DNA of 64,000 nucleotides from Pristiophorus japonicus. Lineage: Eukaryota. A program made the translations under genes and the position numbers. The stretch is taken from the NCBI RefSeq assembly GCF_044704955.1, contig NC_091995.1, forward strand, positions 53,444,001 to 53,508,000. The letters are read 5' to 3'. The notes below the pieces were generated by a model. It ran no database searches and had not been told where the DNA came from. It saw only the letters and a list, made by a program, of their open reading frames with translations. This document shows positions 39,011 to 50,329 of this stretch, one piece after another; within the stretch, counting starts at the first letter, position 1, and every line of letters begins with the position of its first letter.

Positions 39011-40540
39011 CGTGCAAGATAACTAAGGAAATAAGGGAGAGTGTCAAATTGAAAATAAAGGCATACAATGTAACCAAGCCTAGTGGGAGGCCAGACGACT
39101 GGAAACATTTTAAAAGCCAGCAGATAATGACTAAAAATATGATTAAAAGAGGAAAGATAGATTATGAAAGTAAACTAGCATGAAATATAAAAACAGATAG
39201 TAAGAGTTTCTACAGGTAAATAAGAAGAAAAGAGTGGCTGAAGTAATTGTTGGATGAGACTGAGGAATTAATAATGGGGAACAGGGAAATGGCAGAGACA
39301 TTGAACAAATATTTTGTATCGGTCTTCACAGTAGCAGACACTAAAAACATACCGATAGTGGATAATCAAGGGGCTATAGGGAGGGAGGGAGGATCTTAAT
39401 ACTATCTCTATCACTAATGAAATAGTACTCGGTAAAATAATGGGATTAAAGGCGGATAACTCCCCTGGACCCGATGGCTTACATCCTCGGGTCTTAAGAG
39501 AAGTAACTGCAGAGATAGTGGATGCATTGGTTGTAATCTACCAGATTCCCTGGATTCTGGGGAGGTCCCAGCGGATTGGAAAACCGCAAATGTAATGCCT
39601 CTATTTAAAAAAAGGAGACAGACAGAAAGCAGGAAACTATAGACCAGTTAGCCTAACATCTGACATTGGGAAAATGCTGGAGTCCATTATTAAGGAAGCA
39701 GTAGCGGGATATTTGGAAAAGCAAAATTCAATCAATCAGAGTCAGCATGGTTTTATGAAAGTGAAATCATGTTTGACAAATTTGCTGGAGTTCTTTGATG
39801 ATGTAACGAGCAGGGTGGATAAGGGGGAACCTATAGATGTGGTATATTTGGATTTCCAGAAGGCATTCGATAAAGTGCCATATAAGAGGTTACTGCACAA
39901 GATAAAAGTTCACGGGGTTGGGGGTAATATATTAGCATGGATAGAGGATTGGCTAACTAACAAAACAGAGAGGCGGGATAAATGGGCCATTTTCCGGTTG
40001 GCAAACAGTAACTAGTGGGGTGCCGCAGGGATCAGTGTTGGGACCCCAACTATTTACAATCCATATTAATGACTTGGATCAAGGGACGGAGTGTAACGTA
40101 GCCAAGTTTGTTGATGATACAAAGATGGGTGGGAAAGCAAGTTGTGAGGACACAAAAAATCTGCAAAGGGATATAGACAGGCTAAGTGAGTGGGCAAAAA
40201 TTTGGCAGATGGAGTATAATGTGGGAAAATGTGAGGTTATCCACTTTGGCAGGAAAAATAAAAAAGTAAATTATAATTTACATGGAGAAAAATTGCAAAG
40301 TGCTTCAGTACAGAGGGACCAGGGGGTCATAAGAACATAAGAACATAAGAACATAAGAATTAGGAACAGGAGTAAGCCATCTAGCCCCTCGAGCCTGCTC
40401 CGCCATTCAATAAGATCATGGCTGATCTGGCCGTGGACTCAGCTCCACTTACCCGCCCGCTCCCCGTAACCCTTAATTCCCTTATTGGTTAAAAATCTAT
40501 CTATCTGTGGTCCTTGTGCATGAAACACAAAAAGTTAGTA
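39011..40540 (+). mobile_element. CR1 LINE ORF2 fragment
   Basis: SPGPDG, GNYRPVSLTS, QHGFMKVKSCLTNLLEFF, PQGSVLGP and FVDDTK motifs, with frameshifts. Confidence 0.92.
40329..40508 (-). mobile_element. Short CR1 3' end nested antisense within CR1
   Basis: (ataagaac)n tail. Host RT resumes at 40509. ggtc flanks both sides. Confidence 0.8.
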
Positions 40541-41411
40541 GGGGAGAGAGCGAGACAGAAAGCGAGGGTGAGGAGAGGGGAGATTGAGAGAGAGAGAGTG
40601 AAAGCGTTTAGAGAGGGGAGAGAGGGGGAAAGATAGAGAGATTGTGGAGAGGAGAGAGAGATAGATAGAGGGTGGGGAGAGGGAAGAGAGAGATGGAGAG
40701 TGGAGAGAGAGAAGGTTAGAGAGAGTTCAGAGATGTGAGAGAGGGGGAAATATAGAGTTGAGAGAGAGGGGAGAGAGAGCGATAGAGGATGGAGAGAGCG
40801 AGAGCAAGAAAGGTTCTATCGTTATTCGACACTGCTAGTGCAGACGCGATGGGCTGAATGACCTGTGCTGTACTATTCTATGATAAAAAGAGGGTGAGGG
40901 AGAAAGGGAGTGGATGAGAGAAGAAATAAGTGTTGGGGAAGAGAGAGGGAATGATAAAGAGAAGGTGCAGAGAGAGGAGGCAATTAAAGAGAAAAAGTGA
41001 GAGGGGTTGAGCTGAAGAACGTGAGAGATAATGAAGGAGAGAGGGAGGGAGAAGGACAGATGAAAGAAGCGACAGAGGGAGAGTGCGATCAGTCAATGGC
41101 TGGAATCTACACAGAGATGAACAAGATGAGGGTTTCGATCCCGAGGAATAGCCGTGTTGCTGTGACAGACCCAAACTCTGGGTTGTGGGCAGCTGGGCAG
41201 GAAATATGTTTCTCTGTAGGAGGAAGTGGAACCATGGTTTATAAATAGGAATTTCAGCCTGAGTTTGATTTGTGGATTTGAGTGGAGGAGTGAGACGGAC
41301 AGTAAAGCCTGGAGCATGTGTGTCAGTGACATCCCTCAGGGAATCAGCTACAGGGAATGTGTTAAACACCGTTACTCCACCTCCCCACATCGGCTTCAAT
41401 CCACCAGTATT

Positions 41412-42218
41412 GGCTCTCACCTCAGTCAAAGGCACGTGGCTTCAAGTCCCAAAAACTTGAGCAAAAAATCCACGCTGACACTGCAGTGCAGTACGGAGGG
41501 AGTGCTGCACTGTCAGAGGGGCAGTACTGAGGAAGTGCTGCACTGTCGGAGGGGCAGTACTGAGGAAGCGCTGCACTGTCAGAGGGGCAGTACTGAGGGA
41601 GTGCTACACTGTCAGAGGGGCAGTACTGAGGAAGTGCTGCACTGTCGGAGGGGCAGTACTGAGGTAGTGCTGCACTGTCGGAGGGGCAGTACTGAGGAAG
41701 CGCTGCACTGTCAGAGGGGCAGTACTGAGGGAGTGCTACACTGTCGGAGGAGCAGTACTGAGGAAGTGCTGCACTGTCAGAGGGGCAGTACTGAGGGAGT
41801 GCTACACTGTCGGAGGGGCAGTACTGAGGGAGTGCTACACTGTCGGAGGGGCAGTACCGAGGGAGCGCTGCACTGTCGGAGGGGCAGTACTAAGGGAGCG
41901 CTGCACTGTTGGAGGGGCAGTACTAAGGGAGCGCTGCACTGTCGGAGGGGCAGTACTAAGGGAGCGCTGCACTGTCGGAGGGGCAGTACTGAGGGAGTGC
42001 TGCACTGTTGGAGGGGCAGTACTCAGGGAGCGCTGCACTGTCGGAGGGGCAGTACTGAGGGAGTGCTGCATTGTCGGAGAGGCAGTACTGAGGGAGTGTT
42101 GCACTGTGGGAGGTGCAATACTGAGGGAATGTTGCACTGTAGGAGGGTCAGTACTGAAGGAGTGCTGCACTTTAGAAGGGGCAGTACTGAGGGGGCGCTG
42201 CACCGTCGGAGGGGCAGT
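41412..42218 (+). mobile_element. Truncated Deu-type SINE head plus 33-bp array
   Basis: B-box-like ggcttcaagtccc followed by aaaatccacgctgacactgcagtgcagtac and the array. Confidence 0.75.
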
Positions 42219-42502
42219 TCCACCTTTATTCCCACCTTTATTCTCATATCACATTTCCTCGTGGTGAGAGAGAACATATTTGTTTGATATTCGTATGTTT
42301 TTGTCCAATTCCACAGCACCTGGTGATTGTGGTCTATCCTTTTGCCTCCTTCAATAGGAGGAAGCCTTTTCTAAATCTGTCAGCCTAACTTTTGGCAACT
42401 TGAAGAGGGAATGAGCAGAGACCATTTCTAGATAGACGCTGGACTGGTCGCTTAATCCATTCCTGATTCAGTCAGAATCACTGACATTCTCGTGTCAATA
42501 AA

Positions 42503-44537
42503 TGAAATGCAATAGAGGAGGTTTAGCTTGGCCGAGTGTGGGCCCTCCTCTGCCCTGCCCCCACAGTGAGTCCCCACCTTTGGCAAAGGGTGGGACACTG
42601 GGACAGAACAGGAGGAGCGGATCTTGGAGAACCACCCCTCCACAATCCGCGATTGTGTGACCTCCCGCACAGCGAGGCCACACCTTTGACTCGCAGATGA
42701 TCATGGCAGGTGGTGTTCATACAACAACACAGAGTGCTGAAGGATCCGGGGTGAGAGAGAAGAGGAGAAGGTGGGAGAAAGTGAAAGAGAGACTGAGTGA
42801 CAGATAAAGGAAGAGTAGGGAGAGCAGACAGAGTGTAGGGGAGAGAGCGAGACAGAAAACGAGGGTGGGGAGAGGGGAGAGAGAGAGATGGAGAGGGTGG
42901 GTAGAGAGAAAGATAGAGAAGTTGGGAAGAAGGGAGAGAGAAAGATAGAGAGGGTGGGGAGCGAGAGATAGAGAGAGATAGAGGGTGGGGAGAGGCGGGA
43001 GAGAGAGAGAGAGAGCGAGAGAGAGAGATGATGGGGAGCTGGGAGAGAGAGAAAGGTTCTATTTTCGACACTTCTGGTGCAGATGCGATGGGCTGAATGA
43101 CTTGTGCTGTACGATTCCATGGCAAAGAGATGAGGGAGAAAGGGAGTGGATGGGGAGAGGGAGAAACAATAAGAGTGTTGGAGAAGAGAGAGGAAAAGAT
43201 GAAGAGAAGGTGCAGAGAGAGGAGGCAATTAAAGAGAAAAAGTGAGAGGGGGTGAGCTGAAGAACGTGAGAGATAATGAAGGAGAGAGGGAGGGAGACGG
43301 ACAGATGAAGGAAGCGACAGAGACAGAGGGAGAGTGCGATCAGTCAATGGCTGTAATCTGCACAGAGACGAACAAGATGAGTGTTTCGATCCCGAGGAAT
43401 AGCCATGTTGCTGTGACAGACCCAAACTCTGGGTTGTGGGCAGCTGGGCAGGAAATATGTTTCTCTGTGGGAGGAAGTGGAACCATGGTTTATAAATAGG
43501 AATTTCAGCCTGAGTTTGATTTGTGGATTTGAGTGGAGGAGTGAGACGGACAGTGAAGCCTGGAGCATTTCTATCAGTGACACTCCTCAGGGAATCTGCT
43601 ACAGGGAATGTGTTAAACACCGTTACTCCACCTCCCCACATGGGCTTCAATCCACCGGTATTGGCTCTCGCCTCAGTCAAAGGCACGTGGCTTCAAGTCC
43701 CAAAAACTTAAGCAGAAAATTCACGTTGACACTCCAGTGCAGTACTGAGGGAGTGCTGCACTGTCGGAGGGCAGTACTGAGGGAGTGCCACACTGTTGGA
43801 GGAGCAGTACTGAGGGAGTGCTGCACTTTCGGAGGGCAGTACTGAGGGAGTGCCACACTGTTGGAGGAGCAGTACTGAGGGAGCGCTGCACTGTCGGAGG
43901 GGCAGTACTGAGGGAGCGCTGTACTGTCGGAGGGGCAGTACTGAGGGAGTGCTGTACTGTCGGAGGGGCAGTACTTAGGGATGGCTGTACTGTCGGAGGG
44001 GCAGTACTGAGGGAGCGCTGTACTGTCGGAGGGGCAATACTGAGGGAGCACTGTACTGTTGGAGGGGCAGTACTGAGGGAGCGCTGTACTGTCGGAGGGG
44101 CAGTACTGAGGGAGCACTGTACTGTCGGAGGGGCAGTACTGAGGGAGCGCTGTACTGTCGGAGGGGCAGTACTGAGGGAGCGCTGTACTGTCGGAGGGGC
44201 AGTACTGAGGGAGCGTTGCACTGTCTGACGGTCAGGTCTACCTTTATTCTCACCTTTATTCTCATATCACACTTCCTCGTGGTTAACCGTTATTAGTTTT
44301 ACTCATCTGACTAGACTTCGGTCAGAGAACAGATTTGTTTGATATTCGTATGTTTTTGTCCAATTCCACAGCACCTGGTGATTGTCGTCTATCCTTTTGC
44401 CTCCTTCAATAGGAAGAAGCCTTTTCTAAATGTGCCAGCCTAGCTTTGGGCAACTTGAAGAGGGAATGAGCAGAGGCCACTTCTAGATAGACGCTGGACT
44501 GATTGCTTAATCCATTCCTCATTCCCATGTCAATAAA
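42503..44537 (+). repeat. Tandem composite unit copy 2 (~2.03 kb), includes SINE head plus 33-bp array at 43663-44225
   Basis: Near-identical blocks to copies 1 and 3. Confidence 0.9.
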
Positions 44538-45375
44538 TGGAATGCAATAGAGAAGGTTTAGCTTGGCCGAGTGTGGGATCCTCCTTTGCCCTGCCCCCAC
44601 AGTGAGTCCCCACCTTCCGCAAAAGGCGGGACACTGGGAGAGAACAGGAGGAGGGGATCTCGGAGAACATCACCTCCACAAGCCACGATTGTGTGATCTC
44701 CCGCACAGCGAGGCCACAACTTGCTGACTCCCAGAACACAGAGTGCTGAAGGATCTGGGATGAGGGAGAAGAGTAGAAGGTGAGAGAAACCGAGAGAGAG
44801 ACTGAGTAAGAGATAAAGGGAGGGTAGGGATAGAAGACAGAGTGTAAGGGAGAGAGCAAGACAGAAAGTGAGGGTGGGAAGAGGGGAGACAGAGAGAGAA
44901 TGATAGAAAGATAGAGAGGGTGTGGAGAGGGGGAAAGGGAAAGATAGAGAGGGTGGGGAGAGGGAAGAGAAAGATAGGGAGGGTGGGGAGAGGGGAGAGA
45001 GAGAGAAAGATGGAGCGGGGAGAGAGACAGAGATAGAGGGTGGGGAGCGGGGAAAGTGGTGAGAGAGATAGAGATAGAAAGGGTGGAGAGTGAGCAAGAG
45101 AGAGGGTTCGGAGAGGGGAGAGAGGGGGGAAAGATAGAGCGTGGGGAGAGAGTGAGAGAGATAGAGGGTGAGGAGGAGGGGAGAGAGCGAGAGAGAGAGG
45201 GTGGTGAGAGGGGAGAGAGTGAGAGAGATAGAGAGGGTGGGGAGAGAGGAGAGAGCAAGAGAGATAGAGAAGGTGGGGAGAGAGGAGAGAGCGAGAGAGA
45301 TAGGGTGGGGAGAGTGGAGAGAGCGAATGAGATAGAGGGTGGGGAGAGGGAGAGAGAGATAAAGAGGGTGCAAAG

Positions 45376-46523
45376 TGTAAGGGGGGGCAGTTTATGGACT
45401 CTATGAGGGGGTCAGGTTCCCTTCTGATCAACTTGAGCGGTTTCGAATCGCTCCCCCTCCCTTGGGTTCTGTACTATGAATTTATTTGGGGGAGTGACAA
45501 AAGTGCAGAGGACACTGGTTTGATGCAAAGAACTTTGGTTTTATTACAGTCAAGGTAATATAGGCTTATTACTCTAGTAAGAAAATACACAGCCAAACTT
45601 ACAATCACTCTAATAAAGAACAATACAAGGAAAGGTACAAAGTCAAACTTAAAATCACTCGAATAAAGTACCATACACGACACATTCAAAGGGGGTTGCA
45701 GTAAAATTATACCTCCCGTGTCCCAATACCTAATTCTAGCTAGGTTAGACTCCAGGGAAGGCAGGGACTTATGCTTACCAATCTTTTTGATAGTTAATGG
45801 TAGATGGTGATGTTCTTCCTTCCTTCAGGACTTCAAGACTTCGAGGCTGGAGAGTCTCTCCCCTCTCTCCCCTCTCTCTTCTCTCTCCTCTCTCCTCTCT
45901 CCTCCCTCCTCTCTCTAACCTCTGTTGAAAACAATGGCCAGCTAAAAGATTTCAGTATTCTAATCTTGTCGCCCAATCTGTTCACAATCCTTTGTGTAAT
46001 TTTGGCGAGCTTGGTTCTTCTTTGTAATATTTTGTCAGGCTCGTTAAAGTCGATATGTCTTGGGTGGGTTGATCTTCAAAAACTGTTTCCTGATGGAAAT
46101 ATTAGTTTGGTAATTGCAATGTCCTTTTGTGCTTAGTCTTTTGCATACAGGCTGGATTGGGCCTCTTTGTGATGTATATGCTGAAATGGTTTGTCCAGAC
46201 CCATGTTGATGGGAGCTACCTCTGAGTGATACTGTGATAGTAATGTCTCTTGTGGAGGAAGATTTCCAAATACTCATTCTTCCAGACAGGTTAACTCAGT
46301 CCTCACACCCAGACAGTGCCAATAATCAAGTGGGCTTCTTTTGTTCTCTAGGTCTGCCCACAGGCTTGAATTTGTCTTGTAAACGTTCATAATTCTATTA
46401 AAGTTCATAGTTTCTTCCATAAGCATTTTAGAGTTCCAAACTTTTCGACAGATAGTCCCAAATTAAATTTCCTTTCGAATGAGCCCAAACACAGGGGGGT
46501 TCTGGTGAATTTTGCTCTCTGCA
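45376..46523 (-). repeat. ERV 3' LTR (1148 bp)
   Basis: Homologous to 59619-60357. Minus strand TGCAGAG...CTTACA. AATAAA on the minus strand near 45545. Confidence 0.92.
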
Positions 46524-46535
46524 GTCCCCCCTGTT
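46524..46535 (-). promoter_or_regulatory. ERV polypurine tract
   Basis: Minus-strand aacaggggggac abuts the 3' LTR. Confidence 0.8.
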
Positions 46536-46954
46536 GACACTCTACACTCCTTGAGTGTCAATCAAGGTAAGCAAAATTCCTGCTCCCGAGAGTCAACCTT
46601 CCCTGCATTTATACTGGCTAAACATTACCCTGCATCCCCCGTTGAAATGCAATATACAGGCGAATATGGTCATTAAAATTTGGTTATAGCATATAGGGGG
46701 TATGATGTCCCTCTTTTACTCGGTTTTCACAGTAAAATGACGGTATACAGTTATGCACAACTTTAAGTAAAGTAAAATAAAAATGCATAGTAACACATTC
46801 TCAAATAGCATAAAGGTCCATAGTCAAACATGCTTTAAGTTCAGTAAAATAAAGGTACATAGTCAAAACATTTAAGTAATACTCTTACAACACTTGCGAT
46901 GTTGCAGTTTACAGCAGGTAAAATCAAACACAAATTAAACATGGTAGTATGGTG

Positions 46955-49270
46955 TCACCCCTCCCTGCGTGATTCCCAAGTTCGGCCAAGGAGCATATGA
47001 CCTGACCTTTGGTGCCTGACCTGACGGCCTCTGTGTTTCACTCGGCAAGTGAGACACCATAAGTAAAGTATAATCGCGAGTTGACAAATAACTAAAGTGT
47101 GGGAAGCGATTCGGATCCAGTTTGGGACCTCGATATTTCTGAAAAGGTCCCACCAAGGCGGAATGGTGACCTCGAGAATCTTTTTCCCTGTCTCAATTGT
47201 TTTCTGTTCTAGAGTATAGAAGTGTATTTGTGAGATAATTACAGCTTTTAGCAGAGCGGTAAGATGTTCGGGTAGAGGGGGAATTGCATAGCCAAAATGT
47301 ACAACATAATCCTGCAGGTTTGTAATGTTTTCCTTCACAGTGAGGTGGACAGTGGAGGGTTCAGGAATGGGGACAATCCGTTCCTGGGCCACTTGAACTG
47401 ATGCCTCAGGTTTGAAGCAAAAACTGCTGTCACTTACCGGAACCAGAAGTGTCCACGTTGGTAGTGGGGCACACTGGTGGTGACACAATATGTCCCACCC
47501 CTTATGTATGTTACCTGTGGAGGAACATGGTCTTGTGTCATTACCTCCATGGTGCAGTTAATAGGCTGTGTGCCAACAGCTTTAAACCCACACTGTGACT
47601 TTGAATGGGCACTCAAGTACTGGGGACACAGTATTACATGTGCACCCCGGCTCCGGCACCCGGAGAGGTCAGTACCCGTTTATGACATAGGGTGGGACCA
47701 CTGCGAAACGAATGTGTGCACCTCCCTGAATAACTCCAATATTCTTCACCAGTGCGGGTCAGGCTGTCCCAACCATGAGCGGCATCCTTAATACTATCCC
47801 CATAATGGTGTGGTTAGATTTCCCACAGTGTACTGGGACAGGGTAGGCTTCAGAGGCTAGGCGGAGCTGGCACGGGCTTAGTGAATTGCTGTACGGGTGG
47901 AGGGCTGCGAGGTGCTTGTTCCTGATCCAAGAGGGGACTACACCTTGTTTTAAATCCTCTAGGTTGTTGCGGCCCTCGCCCAACAATCATGCCCCATATA
48001 GTACGCACACCTCGTTCTGTGCAGCCTGGTCAGAAGCGTTTCTATCCTCCCGTATAAGTGCATTCACTGTCTGTGCATGTTTTTCCCGCTCAGCCACTAT
48101 TTCTTTTAAATGGAGAGTCATAGCCTGGTCCTCGTGTAGTTCTGATCCTACTACGGAATTCTCCTGTTTCAGGATATTTCTCAATTGGGTCTTTAAACTG
48201 TTTATCTGTGTTTGAAGCTCTATGTCATCCAGGCTATTTATTACAGAGGATGCTGTATTGTAGGTAGTGAAAACGTCGTTTATGATTCCCCTTCTAGGTC
48301 TCCCTGAGCCCATGGTGTCCCTAGCGTTTAGGGTGCATAGGTCTGCTTTGTCTACATTTCCAAAGTCGAACTCATAAAATTTCTTAAACATGTCTCTAAG
48401 TAGGACCTGGTATAGCAGCTCTGTTTCCTTTGGACACCATGCAGGTAGGTGTACTTCGGTAAGGTTTAATATTACTGAATAATGTACGCACTGATACAAC
48501 ACTTTTTCGGTCAATACCAATACTAATCCGTTCCCAGGTCCCTTGGTGATGGTAGGACACCTTTCTATTACTGTGTGTATTGGCGGGGTTGTGGGCAGGG
48601 GTTTCTTAATGTGTGCTCTTAGTTTGGTGGCGTTAATTGGGAGTGGGGAGTGTGGGACAGTGCACCCATGTAGGCTAGAGTCCCACCCCATCCCTTCCCC
48701 TTCATCCTGCCATTGCCTGGCGAAGGCGATCGATATGCCTGCGGGACAAATACTCTCTGATCCCCACATGCAAACATAAATTCCTTGTTCGGATTCCCAC
48801 CATTTGTCCCAACACACTGTTACTCCTCCCCGTGTCCCCGTGATGGTGCGGTACGTATCATTACTGAGTCTTTCCCAGTCCGATTCCTGGTCCCATACGT
48901 CCTTGCTGAGTTTTCTGAGCCACCACCATCTTCCCAGGGGAATGTTCCCTTTGCAAGTCAAACATACACGCTTTCCCTCTGTAACACTGACTCAGGCAGC
49001 GATGATCCATATCCGGGGGCATGGAACTGAGGCCTCCCCGTAGGTAAAACCTTCCTGGCTGGGGTAGCGGGTAGAATTAGATCCCAGCCACCCTGGCCAT
49101 CTTCCCTCGTGGGCGTAAACGGAGAGTTCTTCCACGTCTCAGGGGCCACCCCCGGCGGTTACGATCGGTGCTCTTCCTCCTGAACACCTGTAGATGAGGG
49201 ATTCTTCCACGTCTCCTCGGTCACCGCTGCTCATCCTTATCAGGGCGATCAGGAACAGGATCCTTCTCAT
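46955..49270 (-). pseudogene. env: ERV envelope: signal peptide, Ig-like domain, Pro/Thr linker, F2-like segment, RPRR, fusion peptide/heptad, Cys-rich region, TM, tail
   Basis: ATG 49270 MRRILFLIALIRMSSG after acceptor cccctacag. In frame with ORF 47987-48961 across two TGA stops. RPRR at 48301-48290. TM IASHTLVICQLAIILYLWCL. Further stops and frameshifts downstream. Confidence 0.85.
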
Positions 49271-50329
49271 ACTGCTCTCTCTCCTGTAGGGGCACTTTAA
49301 ACAGATTGTCTAGCCCTGAGAAAGCTCTCTGGCTTGACAAAAGTGACCGAGTTCTAAATTGGGCTCATAGTCTTTAATTGACTGGCTGTCTTATTCAGTT
49401 CCTTGTGGACTGATGACTGCTTTTAACTTTATCTCACAGTCGTTCTGCTTATTATCTTACCGGTGCTTCCTTAATAGCCATACCGGTAGATTCTTCTTAC
49501 TCCCGGGTATCACCCGGCCTGTGCTTCTTTTAATAGCTGCACAGGTAGATTCTTTTCCTTACCCCAGTTAACCAATACATATATACTTATCATTACACAG
49601 ATAACTTATTACTAAACATTCTTAAATTCACATCACTATATATGTACATCTGCCACCCGTCTCCGGGTGGCCAGGTTAATTCCTGCCTTCTCTCTTTCTT
49701 CTTCTCCCGCTGGGTGTCCAGCGAGGTAGGTGATAGGTGGGTCTGCACTGTCTAACTCTAAGTACCCTGACCGGACGTGGGTTTGAGTCCCACACTTTGG
49801 GGGAACGTCCCTTCTGGTGCTGCAGCACACCGCTGCTTTGGGGGTGGCTGCCTGGTTCGTTTCTTCCCCTGGGGGTTCTGCTTGGTCGAGGGCTACGGGC
49901 TGGGGACTCTCACTTGGTGGCTGGTCCACCACTATCTCTTCTGGGGGTCTCTCGTTGCCCGAGGCTACCAGCTGGGTGTCCCTGCTCGCGGGCTGGTCTC
50001 TGACCTTAGGTGCCCTTAGGTCCCTTTCCCGGGGCTGAACCATTTAAATTGGGGCACTGGTGACCACGGTGTCTTTGGCCGTGGTGTGTGGGGAGTCCTT
50101 CTTAAGGTTCCGTCTGCTGGGGGTGCGTCCGAGTCCCAAATGATAGGGGGGACAGCTCCTCCGGTAACACAGTCCACCGGCCCTCTAGGTACAGTCTGTG
50201 GGTCTGCCACGTCCCCTTTGGGATTTCCACAGTCGGGGGCTGTTGGCTGGGGGTCCCTGTCTTTAGCACGGTTCACAGTTTTTGGCTGTCCCTTACGTTT
50301 AGCTGCTGCCCCGGGTTGAAGTTTGCACT

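Larger units (their letters stand above)
38906..42502 (+). repeat. Tandem composite unit copy 1 (contains CR1 insertion)
   Basis: Starts aaatgcaatagagg...ttagcttggccgagtgtg. Shares the unique block, SINE head, 33-bp array and tail with copies 2 and 3. Confidence 0.85.

Noticed and set aside
45474-46277. Small ORFs inside the 3' LTR as U3-encoded accessory genes
   Set aside because: Short, partly low-complexity, and with no recognisable motifs.
46955-49270. Domesticated syncytin-like env
   Set aside because: Multiple in-frame stops and frameshifts; decayed like the rest of the provirus.
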